In this document: positions 63,921 through 64,000 of the stretch, piece after piece | Numbering within the stretch: position 1 is the first letter of the stretch | Layout of the letters: every line of letters starts with the position of its first letter | DNA from: Raillietiella orientalis | Lineage: Eukaryota | Assembly (NCBI GenBank): GCA_036172245.1 | Contig: JAYWIR010000054.1 | Span: 310,001 to 374,000, forward strand | Direction: 5' to 3' | Length of the DNA: 64,000 bases | The notes under the pieces: model-generated | What the model saw: only the letters and a program-made list of their open reading frames with translations | What the model was told of the DNA's origin: nothing | The model's database searches: none | Position numbers and translations under genes: made by a program

Positions 63921-64000
63921 TCCAGAAGCTACCAGCGAGCTGAGAAGCTGCAAACTGATTTGGACCCTGGCCTGCAAGATTAAGGAACCTCCCGGGCAGC

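Overview
Eukaryotic, repeat-dense, CpG-rich DNA, probably from an invertebrate and possibly an arthropod (U2 fragment with the invertebrate-type GATCAAAGTGTAG, degenerate TTAGG/CCTAA tracts). I see no prokaryotic genes, CRISPR arrays or rRNA. Most of the window is decayed non-LTR retrotransposon sequence: at least 18 5'-truncated L1/Tx1-like ORF2 3' ends with the C-terminal Cys/His zinc-binding motif (W..LHW.LPCN.RR.HW..G...P.C.RCGERESLPHLL.DC..L...W). Several share a structured 3' UTR, and two nested insertions have readable target-site duplications. A second family ('D', about 9 copies) looks SINE-like, with a tRNA-like head in one copy and an A-tail in another. The only long intact coding sequence is a ~500-aa ORF1/gag-like protein (RRM-like region plus 3 CCHC knuckles) at 47766-49271 on the minus strand, with no ORF2 behind it. 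Other notable items are two 5' fragments of U2 snRNA ending at about nt 36-37, a ~1-kb inverted repeat with an apparently identical ~400-bp tract, and AT-rich MITE-like elements. Repeat boundaries were aligned by eye and are approximate, often to within tens of bp.
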